A program made the translations under genes and the position numbers. The notes under the pieces are model-generated. The model was given only the letters and a program-made list of their open reading frames with translations, was not told the DNA's origin and ran no database searches. This document shows, piece after piece, positions 51,411 to 63,464 of a DNA stretch of 64,000 nucleotides. The stretch's first letter is position 1. Every line of letters starts with the position of its first letter. The stretch is from Mobula hypostoma (Eukaryota): NCBI RefSeq assembly GCF_963921235.1, contig NC_086097.1, positions 13,578,001 to 13,642,000 of the forward strand, given 5' to 3'.

Positions 51411-52771
51411 GTAGCAAGTCTTTGAAAAACTTTTACAGTTATCTCCATAGTTCACTGCAGAGTTTCATACCATAGTGGAACCTTATAATGAGGTGAGGAG
51501 AGGCCTCCTTCCCTCTGCTGTAGTGCTTCCCCAACCCCTGTCAGACCGATACATCCCTGTGGGCATACTGGAAAAGTGACAGATTAAAGCTAAAACTTGT
51601 CAAATCCAGGAGATATTCACACAGCCTAACAACCTATTGACTACATAGAGTGAGTAAACATATTTCCTTCATTTGCATAAAGGCTTTGCCAATGCCCTGG
51701 GCACTGAGTATGAATGCCTTGTACCTCTGGCTGTTTATAATAATAGTTGGGAAAATCTTTTCTGAATTAAAAATATACGTGTTTAACTTTGTTAAAAATA
51801 TATTTACTTTCAATTTGATTAATATTTCTTTCTAAAGCAAGTTCATTTGTAATCCCACTGGAAGACATATTGTGTCATATTGGCTATAGACTTTGTAGTT
51901 GACTAACCCTGTTCTCTTAAGAGTACGTAGTTAAATGTCAAAATAATTTGCATTAGTACACCTTCTATATATAGGTCCCATACCGCCTCTCATTATTTTG
52001 CTTAAACTTTGAAAAACAATTAGCTGAGTGTCTTTGACACTTCAATCACTTTGCTGACAAAAGATCTCCAAACCCCTGAAAGCACAGAGACACACCGGCA
52101 TCATCCACCTGCTGATGCCCTCCAGCAGCGGCCCTGGGGACAGCAGGTGTGTGGGACCAATAATTTGCCACCTCCCCCATGAGGATTTCCAGGATGGTCC
52201 CAGAGCCTCCAGAAATCAAGGATTAGCTCTTCATTTTATTTCGTTGAGAGAACAAACATCACAGGAATGCTGGGAGAATATACAATGGCCACTTTCTGTC
52301 TTCTTTAAGCATTGAACTCTAATAGATCGTAAAAAAAACACTGGAGGAGGAAAACTAAAGGAATGCTTGACTGAACGGACTCTTTCATCCAGCTGGCAAA
52401 CACTGTGCTGCGTGAATCGTTAAATCGTTGCACACAGGAATGCTCTTCATTCCTATCCCAGCCAAAAGTGGAGCTTTTGGTTTAACTCCACTCCCGAGCT
52501 CTGCAGCTGCACAGCTTACACCTCTTCATCCAGGTGACTTCTAAATATAGTAAGAGTTTCTACCCTTTCCATTCCTTCAGACAGTGAGTTCCAGACCCCC
52601 ATCTTGAGTGAAATGATTACTTCTCCCATTTGCTCTTATCCAAGTATCGAAAATTTCTTTCTCCTAAACACTGACCTCTCTGCCAATGGAAATTGGTTCT
52701 ATCTGTTCATCTCATCCAGCCTCTCATAATTCTGTATGCCTGCCTCAATTAATTTTATTTTATTTAGAGAT

Positions 52772-53084
52772 GGTGTTGGCACGTGGCCGAGTGGTTAAGG
52801 CGTTTGTCTAGTGATCTGAAGGTCGCTAGTTCGAGCCTTGGCTGAGGCAGCGTGTTGTGTCCTTGAGCAAGGTACTTAACCACACATTGCTCTGCGACAA
52901 CACCGGTGCCAAGCTGTATGGGTCCTAATGGCTCTTCCCTTGGACAACATCGGTGCCGTAGAGAGGAGAGACTTGCAAAATGGGCAACTGTCGATCTTCC
53001 ATACAACCTTGCCCAAGCCTGCACACTGGAAACCTTCCAAGGTGCAAGTCCATGGTCTCACGAGACTAACAGATGCCTATATAA
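52772..53084 (+). mobile_element. tRNA-derived SINE (CORE-like middle), copy 1
   Basis: A box TGGCCGAGTGG, B box AGTTCGAGCC, GTGTCCTTGAGCAAGG; TSD ATTTAGAGAT at 52762-52771 and 53085-53094. Confidence 0.88.
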
Positions 53085-53194
53085 ATTTAGAGATACAGCA
53101 CAGTAACAAGCCCTTCCAGCCCAATGAGCCCCTGCGACCCAATTACAAAGTTTGTACATCCATGCGATCAATTAGCTTACTAGCCCATACATAA

Positions 53195-53455
53195 GGTGGT
53201 ACGGTTGCATAGTGTTTAGCACAACGTTTTACAGTACCAGGGACCTGGGTTCATTTCCTCCTCTTGTCTCTAAGGAGTTTGTACATTCTCCCTGTGACCA
53301 TATGGGTGTCCACTAGGTGCTCTCGTTTCCTCCCACAGTCCAAAAATTTACCAGTTAGTAGATTAATTGGTCATTGGATTAAATCCAGGCTTTGCTGGGC
53401 AGCATGATTGAAGGGCCAGAAGGGCTTACTTCACACTGTATTTCAATAAATAAGC
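53195..53455 (+). mobile_element. V-SINE-like SINE nested in an opposite-strand SINE
   Basis: GGAGTTTGTACATTCTCCCTGTGAC...TTTCCTCCCACAGTCCAAA. Confidence 0.75.
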
Positions 53456-53624
53456 AAAAATCTTTGGAAAGTGGGAGAAGCACCAGGAGGAAACTCACAT
53501 AGTTACAGAGGAATGTAGAAACTCCTTACAATATAGTGTTTTGCATGGTTCAAATATAATCTCAATGAAGCTGAATAGTTTGATGTCCATTCCCCTTGAG
53601 GGTGGGAGCAAGGAGCTCAGCTTG

Positions 53625-54245
53625 AAGGCATTTTCACAACAATTCAGCATGTTACCAAAGACTCTGTGAAACTTCTAGAGATGTACAGGGGGTAAACATT
53701 CTACATGGTTGCATCACGACCCACTATGGGACCTTCAATACACAGAATGCAAGAGGCTACAGGGTGTGATGATTCAGCCAATTCCATCATGGGCACAGTT
53801 CACCCCACCACTGGGGACACCTGAAAGAAGTGATATCTCAGAAAGGCAGCAATCATCATTAGGAATGCCCAAGATCCGATCCATATCCTTTTCTCGATGC
53901 TGCCATGAGGAGCATGAAGATCCACACCTCAAGGATCAACAATGGCTTCTTTTCCACTGCCATCACATTCTGGAACCTTCTTGAAAAACCTTCAACTACC
54001 TTTACCTAAATATGTTTTTCTCTTTCTCAGTCTTCCTCAACCAGCATGTTTACTTTATCATTGACTTTGCACATGTGGAAGTTATGTATAATTCATGTTA
54101 ATTTAAGCTTATATTAACTTATGTTTGCCCTTGTCTTGTATTATACTGCGCTGGTGCTATTGCAAAAAAATCTAATTTGCATAGTGTTTATACTCTGTGT
54201 TTGTATGACAATGGCAACAATTAACTAGAACTTGAACTTGAAACA
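53625..54245 (+). mobile_element. Old Rex1/Babar 3' fragment
   Basis: AAACTTCTAGAGATGTACA motif; (CTTGAA)n tail. Confidence 0.6.
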
Positions 54246-54303
54246 GAACTGAAATGTAAGTTCTCTCCTATTGAGCTCACAGCTTGGGCCCCTCATTCTG
54301 TAG

Positions 54304-54383
54304 CAGGGGTTCCCAATCTCCTTCATGCCATAGACCCCTACCATTAACCAAGGGGTCCATGGACTCCAGGTGGGAAACTCCTG
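54304..54383. mobile_element. ~80-bp hAT-type MITE, copy 3
   Basis: CAGGGGTTCCCA...TGGGAAACTCCTG. Confidence 0.72.
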
Positions 54384-54569
54384 GGATCCAGTGTTAGTTC
54401 TTTGTCCTCATGGCTCTATCACGTTCCACTCTAAATCACTGCCAGTGTACAGCCCTGTGGCAGTGCATGACCCATGTCAGCTCAGCAGATTTAGACTGTC
54501 CGCAGACTTCATGGTCATGGAAAGAAAAGATCAGGATGCAAATCCTTACAAGAACTAAGCTCATCTCAA

Positions 54570-55225
54570 AAACCCAGGAACTGCTGCGCAGGTTGACTCT
54601 GTGGTTAAGAAGGCATATGATGTATTGGCCTTCATCAATCATGGAATTGAATTTAGGAGCCGAGAGGTAATGTTACAGCTACATAGGACCCTGGCCAGAC
54701 CCCACTTGGAGTACTGTGCTCAGTTCTGGTCGCCTCACTACTGATGATAGGAAAGATGTGGAAACCATAGAAAGGGTGCAGAGGAGAGTTACAAGGATGT
54801 TACCTGGATTGGGGAGCATGCTTTATGAAAACAGTTTGAGTGAACTTGGCCTTTTTTCTTTGGAGCGACGGAGGATGAGAGGTGACCTGATAGAGGTGTA
54901 TAAGATGATGAGAGGCATTGATCATGTGGATAGTCAGAGGCTTTTTTCCAGGGCTGAAATGGTTGTCACAGGAGGACACAGGTTTAAGGTGCTGGGGAGC
55001 AGGTACAGAGGAGATGTCAGGGGTAATTTTTTTACGCAGAGAGTGGTGAGTGCGTGGAATGGGCTGCCAGCAACAGTGGTGGAGGCGGATATGATAGGGT
55101 CTTTTCAGAGACTTTTGGATAGGTACATGGAGATTAGAAAAATAGAGGGCTATGGGACATGTTTGGCACAACTTTGTGGGCTGAAAGGTTTGTATTATGC
55201 TGTAGGTTTTCTATGTTCTATGTTC
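54570..55225 (+). mobile_element. CR1 3' fragment
   Basis: ERVQRRVTRMLPGL...RMRGDLIEVYK...FFTQRVVSAWN; (TTCTATG)n tail. Confidence 0.9.
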
Positions 55226-55424
55226 CAACTTAAATCTCAGGGTTCTTAATTATCAGGGTTATAAAGATCTAAATTCATTTTATCGTGATGTGCAAAATGT
55301 CTACATCGATTGCATGGACAATACAAAACTTTCCTTCTGCCTTGCTCTCATGTTGCAGGAACATTGGGAATGCAAAAAAAAAATCTCTTGCAGCCTTTCA
55401 CTTGTTATCTAATCTTATTGTCTA

Positions 55425-55968
55425 CAGTACTGTGCAAAACTGTTAGGTACATACTGTATATAACTAGGGAGCCGAAAACTTTTGCACAGTACTGTAGTAA
55501 TTTTACGTATAGCACTGAACTGCTGTTGCTGCAAAAAAATAAATTTCATGACATATGTCAGTGATGATAAACCTGATTCTGATATGAGTCTTTACTGCGA
55601 GTGGGAAGGGGTCAGGGAAAGGGGAATCGTGGTTGGGAAATGGGAAAGGGGAGGGAAGGGAGCGGGAAGCTCCAGAGAGACATTCTGTAATGATTAATAA
55701 ACCAATTGTTTGGAATCAAATGACCTTGCCTGGTGTCTCAGGACCGGGTGTGTCTGCACCCACGCCAACTCACTGCCATGGCACTCCTCTGCCACCTGTC
55801 CCAAGCTCCTCCTGCCACACTCCATCCTCACCATTCCCAACATCTTTTGCTCCTGCCTGATTTACAATCCTGCTGTCTACTCCACGTTGACAAATACAGT
55901 ATTGTGCAAAAATCTTAGGCACCCTAGGTATATCCTGTATATGTGGCCAAGACTTTTGCATAGTACTG
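55425..55968 (+). mobile_element. Composite Tc1/mariner-type unit bounded by two mini-MITEs, copy 2
   Basis: Palindromic units 55425-55494 and 55897-55968, each CAGTA(C/T)TGTGCAAAA...TTTTGCA(C/T)AGTACTG and flanked by TA. Confidence 0.8.
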
Positions 55969-56626
55969 TATGTTATTTGAGTTTTATTTTGGACAACAAT
56001 ATTATCCAAAACTAAAATCAAATGTCATTTCTGTCTGTGGGATATTGCAATGCACTATTTGGTAGTCATGTTTACCATATTACACTTCAAAAGATGCAGA
56101 AAAAAATCAGAAGGACTTTTAAACGCAATGGTAATTCTTTCCAAGCATGTCATCAATGGTAGAAGTAATAATGGAAGTCTGTCTTTAGAAATCAAATTAC
56201 AATTGGTAAATTGGTTTACTTTGTTAAATGTACAGTGTAAAGCATGTCTTGCATTCCATTCATACAGATCAATTAATTACACAGTGCATTGAGGTAGTAC
56301 AAGATAAAACAATAACAGAATAAAGTGTAAAAGTTACAGAGAAAGTGCAGTGCAGGTAGACAATAAGATGCAAGATCATAATGAGGTGGTTGAGAGTCTC
56401 AATGGTTGAGGGAACCATTCAATAGTCTTAAAACAGTGAAGTAGGAGCTGTCCTTGATCCTGATGGTGTTTACTTTCAAGCTTTTTTATTTTTTGCCTGT
56501 TGGGAAAAGGGAGAAGAGAGAACATTCAGGGTTGGTGGGGTATCTGATTATGCTAAGTGCTAAGGCCGCAAGAAGTGTGGTCTATTTCTCAGAGTCCATA
56601 TAGCAGAGGTTGGTTTCTGCCATATA

Positions 56627-57085
56627 TTGGTTTCTGAAGAAAGACTGGATGAACTGGGCTTGTACTCGTTGGAATTTAGAAGATTGAGGGGGGATCTGAT
56701 TGAAACGTATAAAATCCTAAAGGGATTGGACAGGCTAGATGCAGAAAGATTGTTCCCGATGTTGGGGAAGTCCAGAACGAGGGGTCACAGTTTGAGGATA
56801 AAGGGGAAGCCTTTTAGGACCGAGATTAGGAAAAACTTCTTCACACAGAGAGTGGTGAATCTGTGGAATTCTCTGCCACAGGAAACAGTTGAGGCCAGTT
56901 CATTGGCTATATTTAAGAGGGAATTATATATGGCCCTTGTGGCTACAGGGATCGGGGGTATGGAGGGAAGGCTGGTGCAGGGTTCTGAGTTGGATGATCA
57001 GCCATGATCATAATAAATGGCGGTGCAGGCTCGAAGGGCAGAATGGCCTACTCCTGCACCTATTTTCTATGTTTCTATGTTTCTA
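56627..57085 (+). mobile_element. Young CR1 3' fragment inserted in a minus-strand Rex1 relic (~56210-57400)
   Basis: LGLYSLEFRRLRGDLIETYKIL; (TTTCTATG)n tail. Confidence 0.9.
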
Positions 57086-58355
57086 TATACTGAGCTACGT
57101 ATATTCAAACATGCCAAGGCATGATGCATCCAGGGTTTTCATGGTGCATTGATAAAATTTGGTGAAGATAGAAGATATGCCACATTTCTTCTTCCTCTCA
57201 TGAAATAGAGGTACTGGTGAGTTTTCTTGGTTGTGGTGTCAACATGGTTAGACCGTGACAGGCTTTTGGTGATTCTCACTCCTAAGGAACTTGAAGTTCT
57301 CAACCCTCTCGACTTTTGCACTATTGATATAAACAAGAGTATTTGTTGTGCCTCCCTGCCTGATGTTAATCCCCAGCTTTTTTGTTTTATTATCATTGAG
57401 GGAAATGTTGTCATCAAGCTTTTTATCAATTGTATAAGTTGCTGCTCTGCATGGGCAGCCCAGTAGATAGAAGGGCAGAGGTTTTAGGCTGAAGTCTAGG
57501 GTGCAACTTGAGTTGAAGATGCACATTAATGGAATTAGATTAGGCAGAGTACACGACTGCAGCCATTCTCTGAGTTCTCGGCAATAAAATCTTCAACTTG
57601 GAATTACATTAAAAAGCAATTCTGGATGTGCTGCGATTGCTTCTCTAAGCTATGAGGGGACTCACAAATTTGGTCTCAGCTTCAATCCCTTGGTAATTAA
57701 TTGTGAGTGAAATAGAAAAAAAAACTTCACAGTGCTAATTCACAGAATTTGCCGAGAAAATGCAATATTGGGCCAACAGCCCGGTGCCCTGCAGGAAACT
57801 CAACTATGCATTATACAATATATATGGAATGTTGTATGAGATAAATTATATAGTAGGTAATTGTCAGCAAGAATCTCTTTGCTTCTCCAATGTTCACAGG
57901 ACATGATAGTCAATGCAGAGGAGGGGGTTTTGTTGAAAATCCAACTGCTCCACAATTGCTGTTGTTTTACACATTTATAGCATGGCTTGTTTTATTATAA
58001 TCATGCAAGTAACATTTATACCGTCTTACGTAAATATATACCTCGCACTTTATGTCAACCTGTCAAATTTCAGGCTAGCCGCTCAGGATCTTGTGCTGGA
58101 CTGTAACTATATGTGCTGTGTGTGACTATATGGACTGCATTTTGCATCTTGACCCCAGAGGAACAAGGTATCATTTAGTTGTATACATGTGTATAGTTGA
58201 ATGGCTATAAACTTGAACTTGAACTTAAAGTGAAAGTTATAGTAATTGTGAGTGTTATTTTATTACAGATCAGTACAATTACACCGTATACTAGAAATGG
58301 GTATATAAAGGATATGCAGCTAAAGCCATAAAATTGTCTATAAACCTCAAATTTA

Positions 58356-59210
58356 TCAGAATCAGAATTAGGTTTAATATCACCGGCATATGTCATGAAA
58401 TTTGTTAACTTAGCAGCAGCAGTACAATGTAATACGTGATAATATAGAAAAAACATAAGTAAATCATTTACAGTAAGTATATATACTAATAAATAGATAA
58501 AGAGTTGGCGCATGGCCAAGTGGTTAAGGCATCAGTCTAGTGATCTGAAGGTCGTGAGTTCGAGCCTCAGCTGAGGCAGCGTGTTGTGTCCTTGAGCAAG
58601 GCACTTACCCACACATTGCTCTGCGACAACACCAGTGCCAACCTGTATCAGCCCGAGAGCCCTTCCCTTGGACAACATCGGTGCCGTGGAGAGGGGAGAC
58701 TTGTAGCATGGGCAACTGCCGGTCTTCCATACAAGCTTGCCCAGGCCTGCGCCCTGGAAGCCTTCCAAGGCACATATCCATGGTCTCACGAGACTAACGG
58801 ATGCCTATATATATAAAATAGTTAAATTAAAAATTGTTTGAAACAAATAATATAATAAAAATGTAAGCTAGTGTTCATGGGTTTAATGTCCATATAAGAA
58901 TTGTATTGCAAAGGGGAAGAAGTTGTTCCTGAATCATTGAGTGTGTGCCTTCAGGCTTCTGTACCACCATCCTGATCATAACAATAAGAAGAGGGCATGT
59001 CCTGGGTGATGGGGGTATTTGAAATGGATGCTGCCTTTCTGAGGCAGCGCTCCTTGAAGATGTCTTGGATACTACGGAGGCTAGCACCCAAGATGCAGAT
59101 GATTGATTTTACAACTTCTGTAGCTTCTTTCAATTCTGTGCAATAGACCACCACCAGCCCCGGCATGCCAGTCAGTGATAGAGCCTATCAGAATTATGAG
59201 GTGAGTTCAC
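58356..59210 (-). mobile_element. Rex1/Babar 3' fragment interrupted by a SINE
   Basis: (TCAGAA)n tail; SIQDIFKERCLRKAASI. Confidence 0.8.
58504..58812 (+). mobile_element. tRNA-derived SINE, copy 2
   Basis: Highly similar to 52772-53084. Confidence 0.88.
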
Positions 59211-59349
59211 AAAAATGAATCCCAATAAATAAGCCAGAAAGAGAAAATGAGAAATGAAGAACTCGAGTTTTATTTTCAAAATACTTGGGTGAAATGTCTC
59301 CTCTTCCAAACTACCACTGACCAATTTAACCACTGAATGTAGAGTGATA

Positions 59350-60660
59350 GAGTCAGAATCAGTAATAAGTTTAACATCACTGGCATATGTCATTGTTTTT
59401 GCAGCAACAGTACATTGCAATACACAATAATAGAAATTATAAATTACAAAGAGAAGTATGTATAAAAATACATTGATTAAACAGTGCAAAGAGAGAGGGA
59501 GAAAATTGTGACTTCAGAAATCTGATGACAGAGCGGGGAGAAGCTGTTCCTGAAATATTGAGTGTATGTGTTCAGGCTCCTTGCCTCCTCCTTGACGGTA
59601 CAATGAAAAGAGGGCATGTTCCGGGTGGTGGAGATCCTTCATGGTGGATGCCACCCTATCTGAGACATCATCTGTTGAAGATGTCCTTGATGTTGGGGAG
59701 GCAATCTCCCATGGTGGAGCTTGCTGAGTTTACAACTTTCTGCACCTTCTTCCAATCCAGTGCAGTGGCACCTCCATACTAAACAGTGATGCCTTCAGTT
59801 AAAATGCTCTCCACGGTGCATCTGTAGAAATTTGCAAGAGTCTGTGGTGACATATCAGTTCTTCTCAAACTCCTAATGAAATATATCCACTGTTGCGCCT
59901 TCTTTGTAACTGCACTGGGCCCAGAGATGCTGACACCCAAGAACTTGAAACTGCTCACTTTTTCCCCTTCTGATCCCTCGATGAGGACTGGCCAGTGTGC
60001 CCTTGACCTACACTTCCTGAAGTTTACCATCAATTCCTTGGACTCATTGACGTTGACTGCAAGGTTGTTGCTGTGACCCCACCCAATCGGCTGATCTATC
60101 TTGCTCTTGTATGCGTCCTTGTCATCATTTGAAATTCTGCCAATACGCAATCAAGGGTGTAGAGAGAGTACAGCAGTGGACTAAGCATGCATCTTTGAGG
60201 TGTACCAGTGTTGATTGCCATTGAGAAGGAGATGTTATTTCAGGTCTGCACAGAAAGTTGTCCCCAGGTGAGAAAATCGATGATCCATTTGCGTAGGGAG
60301 ATACCAAGGCCCAAGTTTTGGAGCTTGTTAATAAAAACTGAAGGTATGATTGTGTTAAATGCTGAGCTGTAGTCAATAAACAGCATCTGATGTAAGCATG
60401 TGATCCAAGGTAAAGTGGAGAGACAGCGAGATTGCATCCGCTTTTGACTTAATGTGGTGGTAGGCAAATTTCAGAAGTTGATTCTAGCCGTGACCAGCTG
60501 CTCAAAACTCTTCATCAGAGCAGATGTGAGTGCCACTGGGTGATAGTTGTTGAAGCAACCCACTCTGCTCTTCTTGGACATTGGTATGATTGTTGTCCTT
60601 TTGAAGCAGTGAGAGATTGGAGATGTCCTTAAACACTCCCAACGTTTTGTTGGCACAAAT
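59350..60660 (-). mobile_element. Rex1/Babar LINE fragment
   Basis: [41 protein letters not shown]. Confidence 0.88.
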
Positions 60661-61239
60661 TTTCAAAGACATAGAGTAATGCAGCATCAAAATAGTCCCT
60701 TTGTCCCAATTTATCTGTGACGACCAAGTTGCACAGTGCAGCTTAGTCCCCTCAACCAGCGTTTGTCCCACATCCATCTGAAGCATCCCTATCCATGTTC
60801 AAAATTCAAAGTTCAAATTTATTATCAAAGTGCGTGTACCATATACAACCTTGAGACTCATCTTCTTTCAGGCAGCCTCAGAACAAAGAAACACAACAGA
60901 ATCCATGTAAAACCACACCCAAAAAACACCGACCAACATCCTGTATGCAAAAGACAAAAAAATCATGCAGATAATAAAAAAGTAAACAAATAATGCGTAG
61001 AAAATGAGTGAGTAAACGTGATTCCACAGGCCATAGGCTGCGGATTCAGTTTAGCGCTGTGGTGAGTGAAGCTGGTCCACAAGCTTGATGGCTGCAGGGT
61101 ATCAGCTACTCCTGAACGTGGTGACAGGGAACCCAAGATTGATGCACCTCCCTCCTGATGGCAATAGTGAGAAGAGAAGGAGGTGGGTCAAATGCAGGGA
61201 GAGATTTCTGATCACCAGTTCATTTGCCACTGTGACACT

Positions 61240-62330
61240 CAAAATGCTTTAAAATAGATGGCATCCTTTTAGGATGGAGATGAGAGGGAGTTTTTTAGCC
61301 AGAGTGTAGGAGATCTGTGAAATTCATTGCCATAGGTGGCTATGGAGGCCAAGTTATTGAGTATATTTAAGGCAGAGGTTGACAGATTGTTCATTAGTCA
61401 GGGCATGAAGGGATATCGGGAGAAGGTAGGAGATTGGGGCTGCTGGGAAAATGGATCAGCCATAATGAAATGGTAGAGCAGTCTCGATGGGCCAAATGGC
61501 CCAACTCTGCTCCTATATCTATGGTCTTTTCTAAAATACAATAATTGTGTCTACCTCTAACACGTCCTTCTTTGCGCCACATGTTCTACATCTTCTGATT
61601 GAAAAAGTCACTCCTATCACTTTTTAATTTTTAAAAATCTTTTCCTTCTTAATTGAGGCTTGTGTCTCTGTCAAGCTTCTCGTACTGGATATAAAATTAA
61701 ATTAAATGATATATTTTAAGAAATTGGTCTGCAACAGAATTTTGGCCTTTATTGTAAGTGCACTTAAGTACAAAGTAGAGGCGTATTGCTCCAAATATAC
61801 TGAGCGTGGTTAAAACTGCATCTGGAATATTGTGTACAGGACACAGCAATCTCCCCAAGTAAAGACTATGCTTGGGATAGAAGGAGCACAGTGAAACTTC
61901 ATGGGATGTGTCCCAGGATACCAGTTTTGTCATATGTTGAGAGACTGAACAGACCGGTACTTAATTCTCTGGAATTTAGGAGAATGATAGGTGATCTCAT
62001 AAAAATGCACAATACTCTTAAGGAACATGATACAATAGATGCAAAGATAATGTTTCCCAACGGTTGATAGAAGCAAGGTAAAGGGTCAGACATTCAGGAG
62101 AGAGGTGAAAGGCAATTTCTTCATTCCGAAAGTGATGCATCTTAGGAAATCTCAACTCTAAAGGAGGGAGAGTTACTGCATGTCATTAGGACAAAGGTCG
62201 ATAGATTTTTAGATATTAAGTGAATTAAGGCATATGGAGTTACTGCGGGAAAGTGATGCTGAGGTAAAGGATCTGCCATGATTTTATTGATTTACACAGC
62301 AAACAGGAGGGTTCAAAACATTCCGTCCTG
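61240..62330 (+). mobile_element. Two degenerate CR1 3' fragments (~61240-61530 and ~61730-62330)
   Basis: GATGGGCCAAATGGCCC tail; GGAATTTAGGAGAATGATAGGTGATCTCAT. Confidence 0.7.
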
Positions 62331-62707
62331 TCTCCTAGATCCTTACTTTTGAGTATAGCATTCACATTAATGTACATTTATTGAGTAATCGCAATTCAGT
62401 GTTTTTAAAAAACCCCAGTCAAAATTCTCTTCAAAGCATTTCCAAATATGCTAGGCAGCAGAATGCAAAAAGGTCAGCCAACATGTAAGAAACGTACTTC
62501 AGAAGTTTGTTGGTTATAAAGTTGTGAAAGAACTGTGCGATGGACCACGTGTCATTTCTTATGTTTTTCAAAGGGTAATATATGAAACTGTACATCAGTG
62601 CCTTTAATTTGTGGTAAATTAACCATTATCCACAACAGAATCAATTAAATTGATCTTTCATGAGCTCCAAATTGGAATATGCTGATAATTGAATTCTGAT
62701 TGACATA

Positions 62708-63169
62708 CGCTCAGTGACCATTTTATTAAGTATTTGCTGTCCCTAACAAAGGGGCTTCCGAGTGTATGTCGATGGTCCTCTGCTGCTGTAACCAGTCTGG
62801 CCGTTCTCCTCTGACCTCTCTCATTAACAAGGCATTGTCACCCACAGATCTGCCACTAATTGGATTATTTTAAAAATTTTTTTGCACCATTCTCTGTAAA
62901 CTCTATACAGTTGTGTGTGAACATCCCAGGAGATCAGCTGTTTCTGAGATACTCAAACCACCCCATCTGACACCAATAATCAATCCACAGTCAAAATCTC
63001 TTGGTTCATATTTCTTCCCAATTCTGATGATTGGTCTGAACAACAACTGAAACCCTTGATCATATCTGTATGTTTTTATGCATTGAGTTACTGCTTCCTG
63101 ATTGGCTGATTAGATATTTGCATTAACGAGCAGATGTACAAGTGTACCTAACAAAGTGGCTTCTGAGTG
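62708..63169 (-). mobile_element. Non-autonomous Tc1-like element, copy C
   Basis: TA-flanked, TIRs at both ends plus an internal TIR ending at 62764. Confidence 0.82.
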
Positions 63170-63274
63170 TACTATTCTTTAATATATTAACTGAATTTAA
63201 AAGCCTACATAATAAAGAGTTTGAACTGCTTTTATAATCTGATGGGATTATGAAGAAACTTATTCTTTATTACA

Positions 63275-63462
63275 CCAGGCAGCATCTCTAGGAAGAGGTA
63301 CAATCGACGTTTTGGGCCAAGACCCTTCATCAGGACTAACTCAAATAAGAGTTATTAAGTGATTTGAAAGTAGGAGGGGGAGGGAGAGATCCGAAATGAT
63401 AGGCGAAGACAGGAGGGGGAGCGATGAAGCTAAGAGCTGGAAAGTTGATTGGCAAAAGGGAT
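63275..63462 (-). mobile_element. Penelope terminal fragment; hammerhead with GAAA changed to AAAA (~63301-63340)
   Basis: Minus strand reads AGTC-CTGATGA-AGGGTCTTGGCCC-AAAAC-GTC-GATT. Confidence 0.8.
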
Positions 63463-63464
63463 AT

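Noticed and set aside
52775..52850. tRNA gene (also ~58505-58575)
   Set aside because: The A/B boxes continue into a shared ~310-bp body with a TSD, so this is a SINE head
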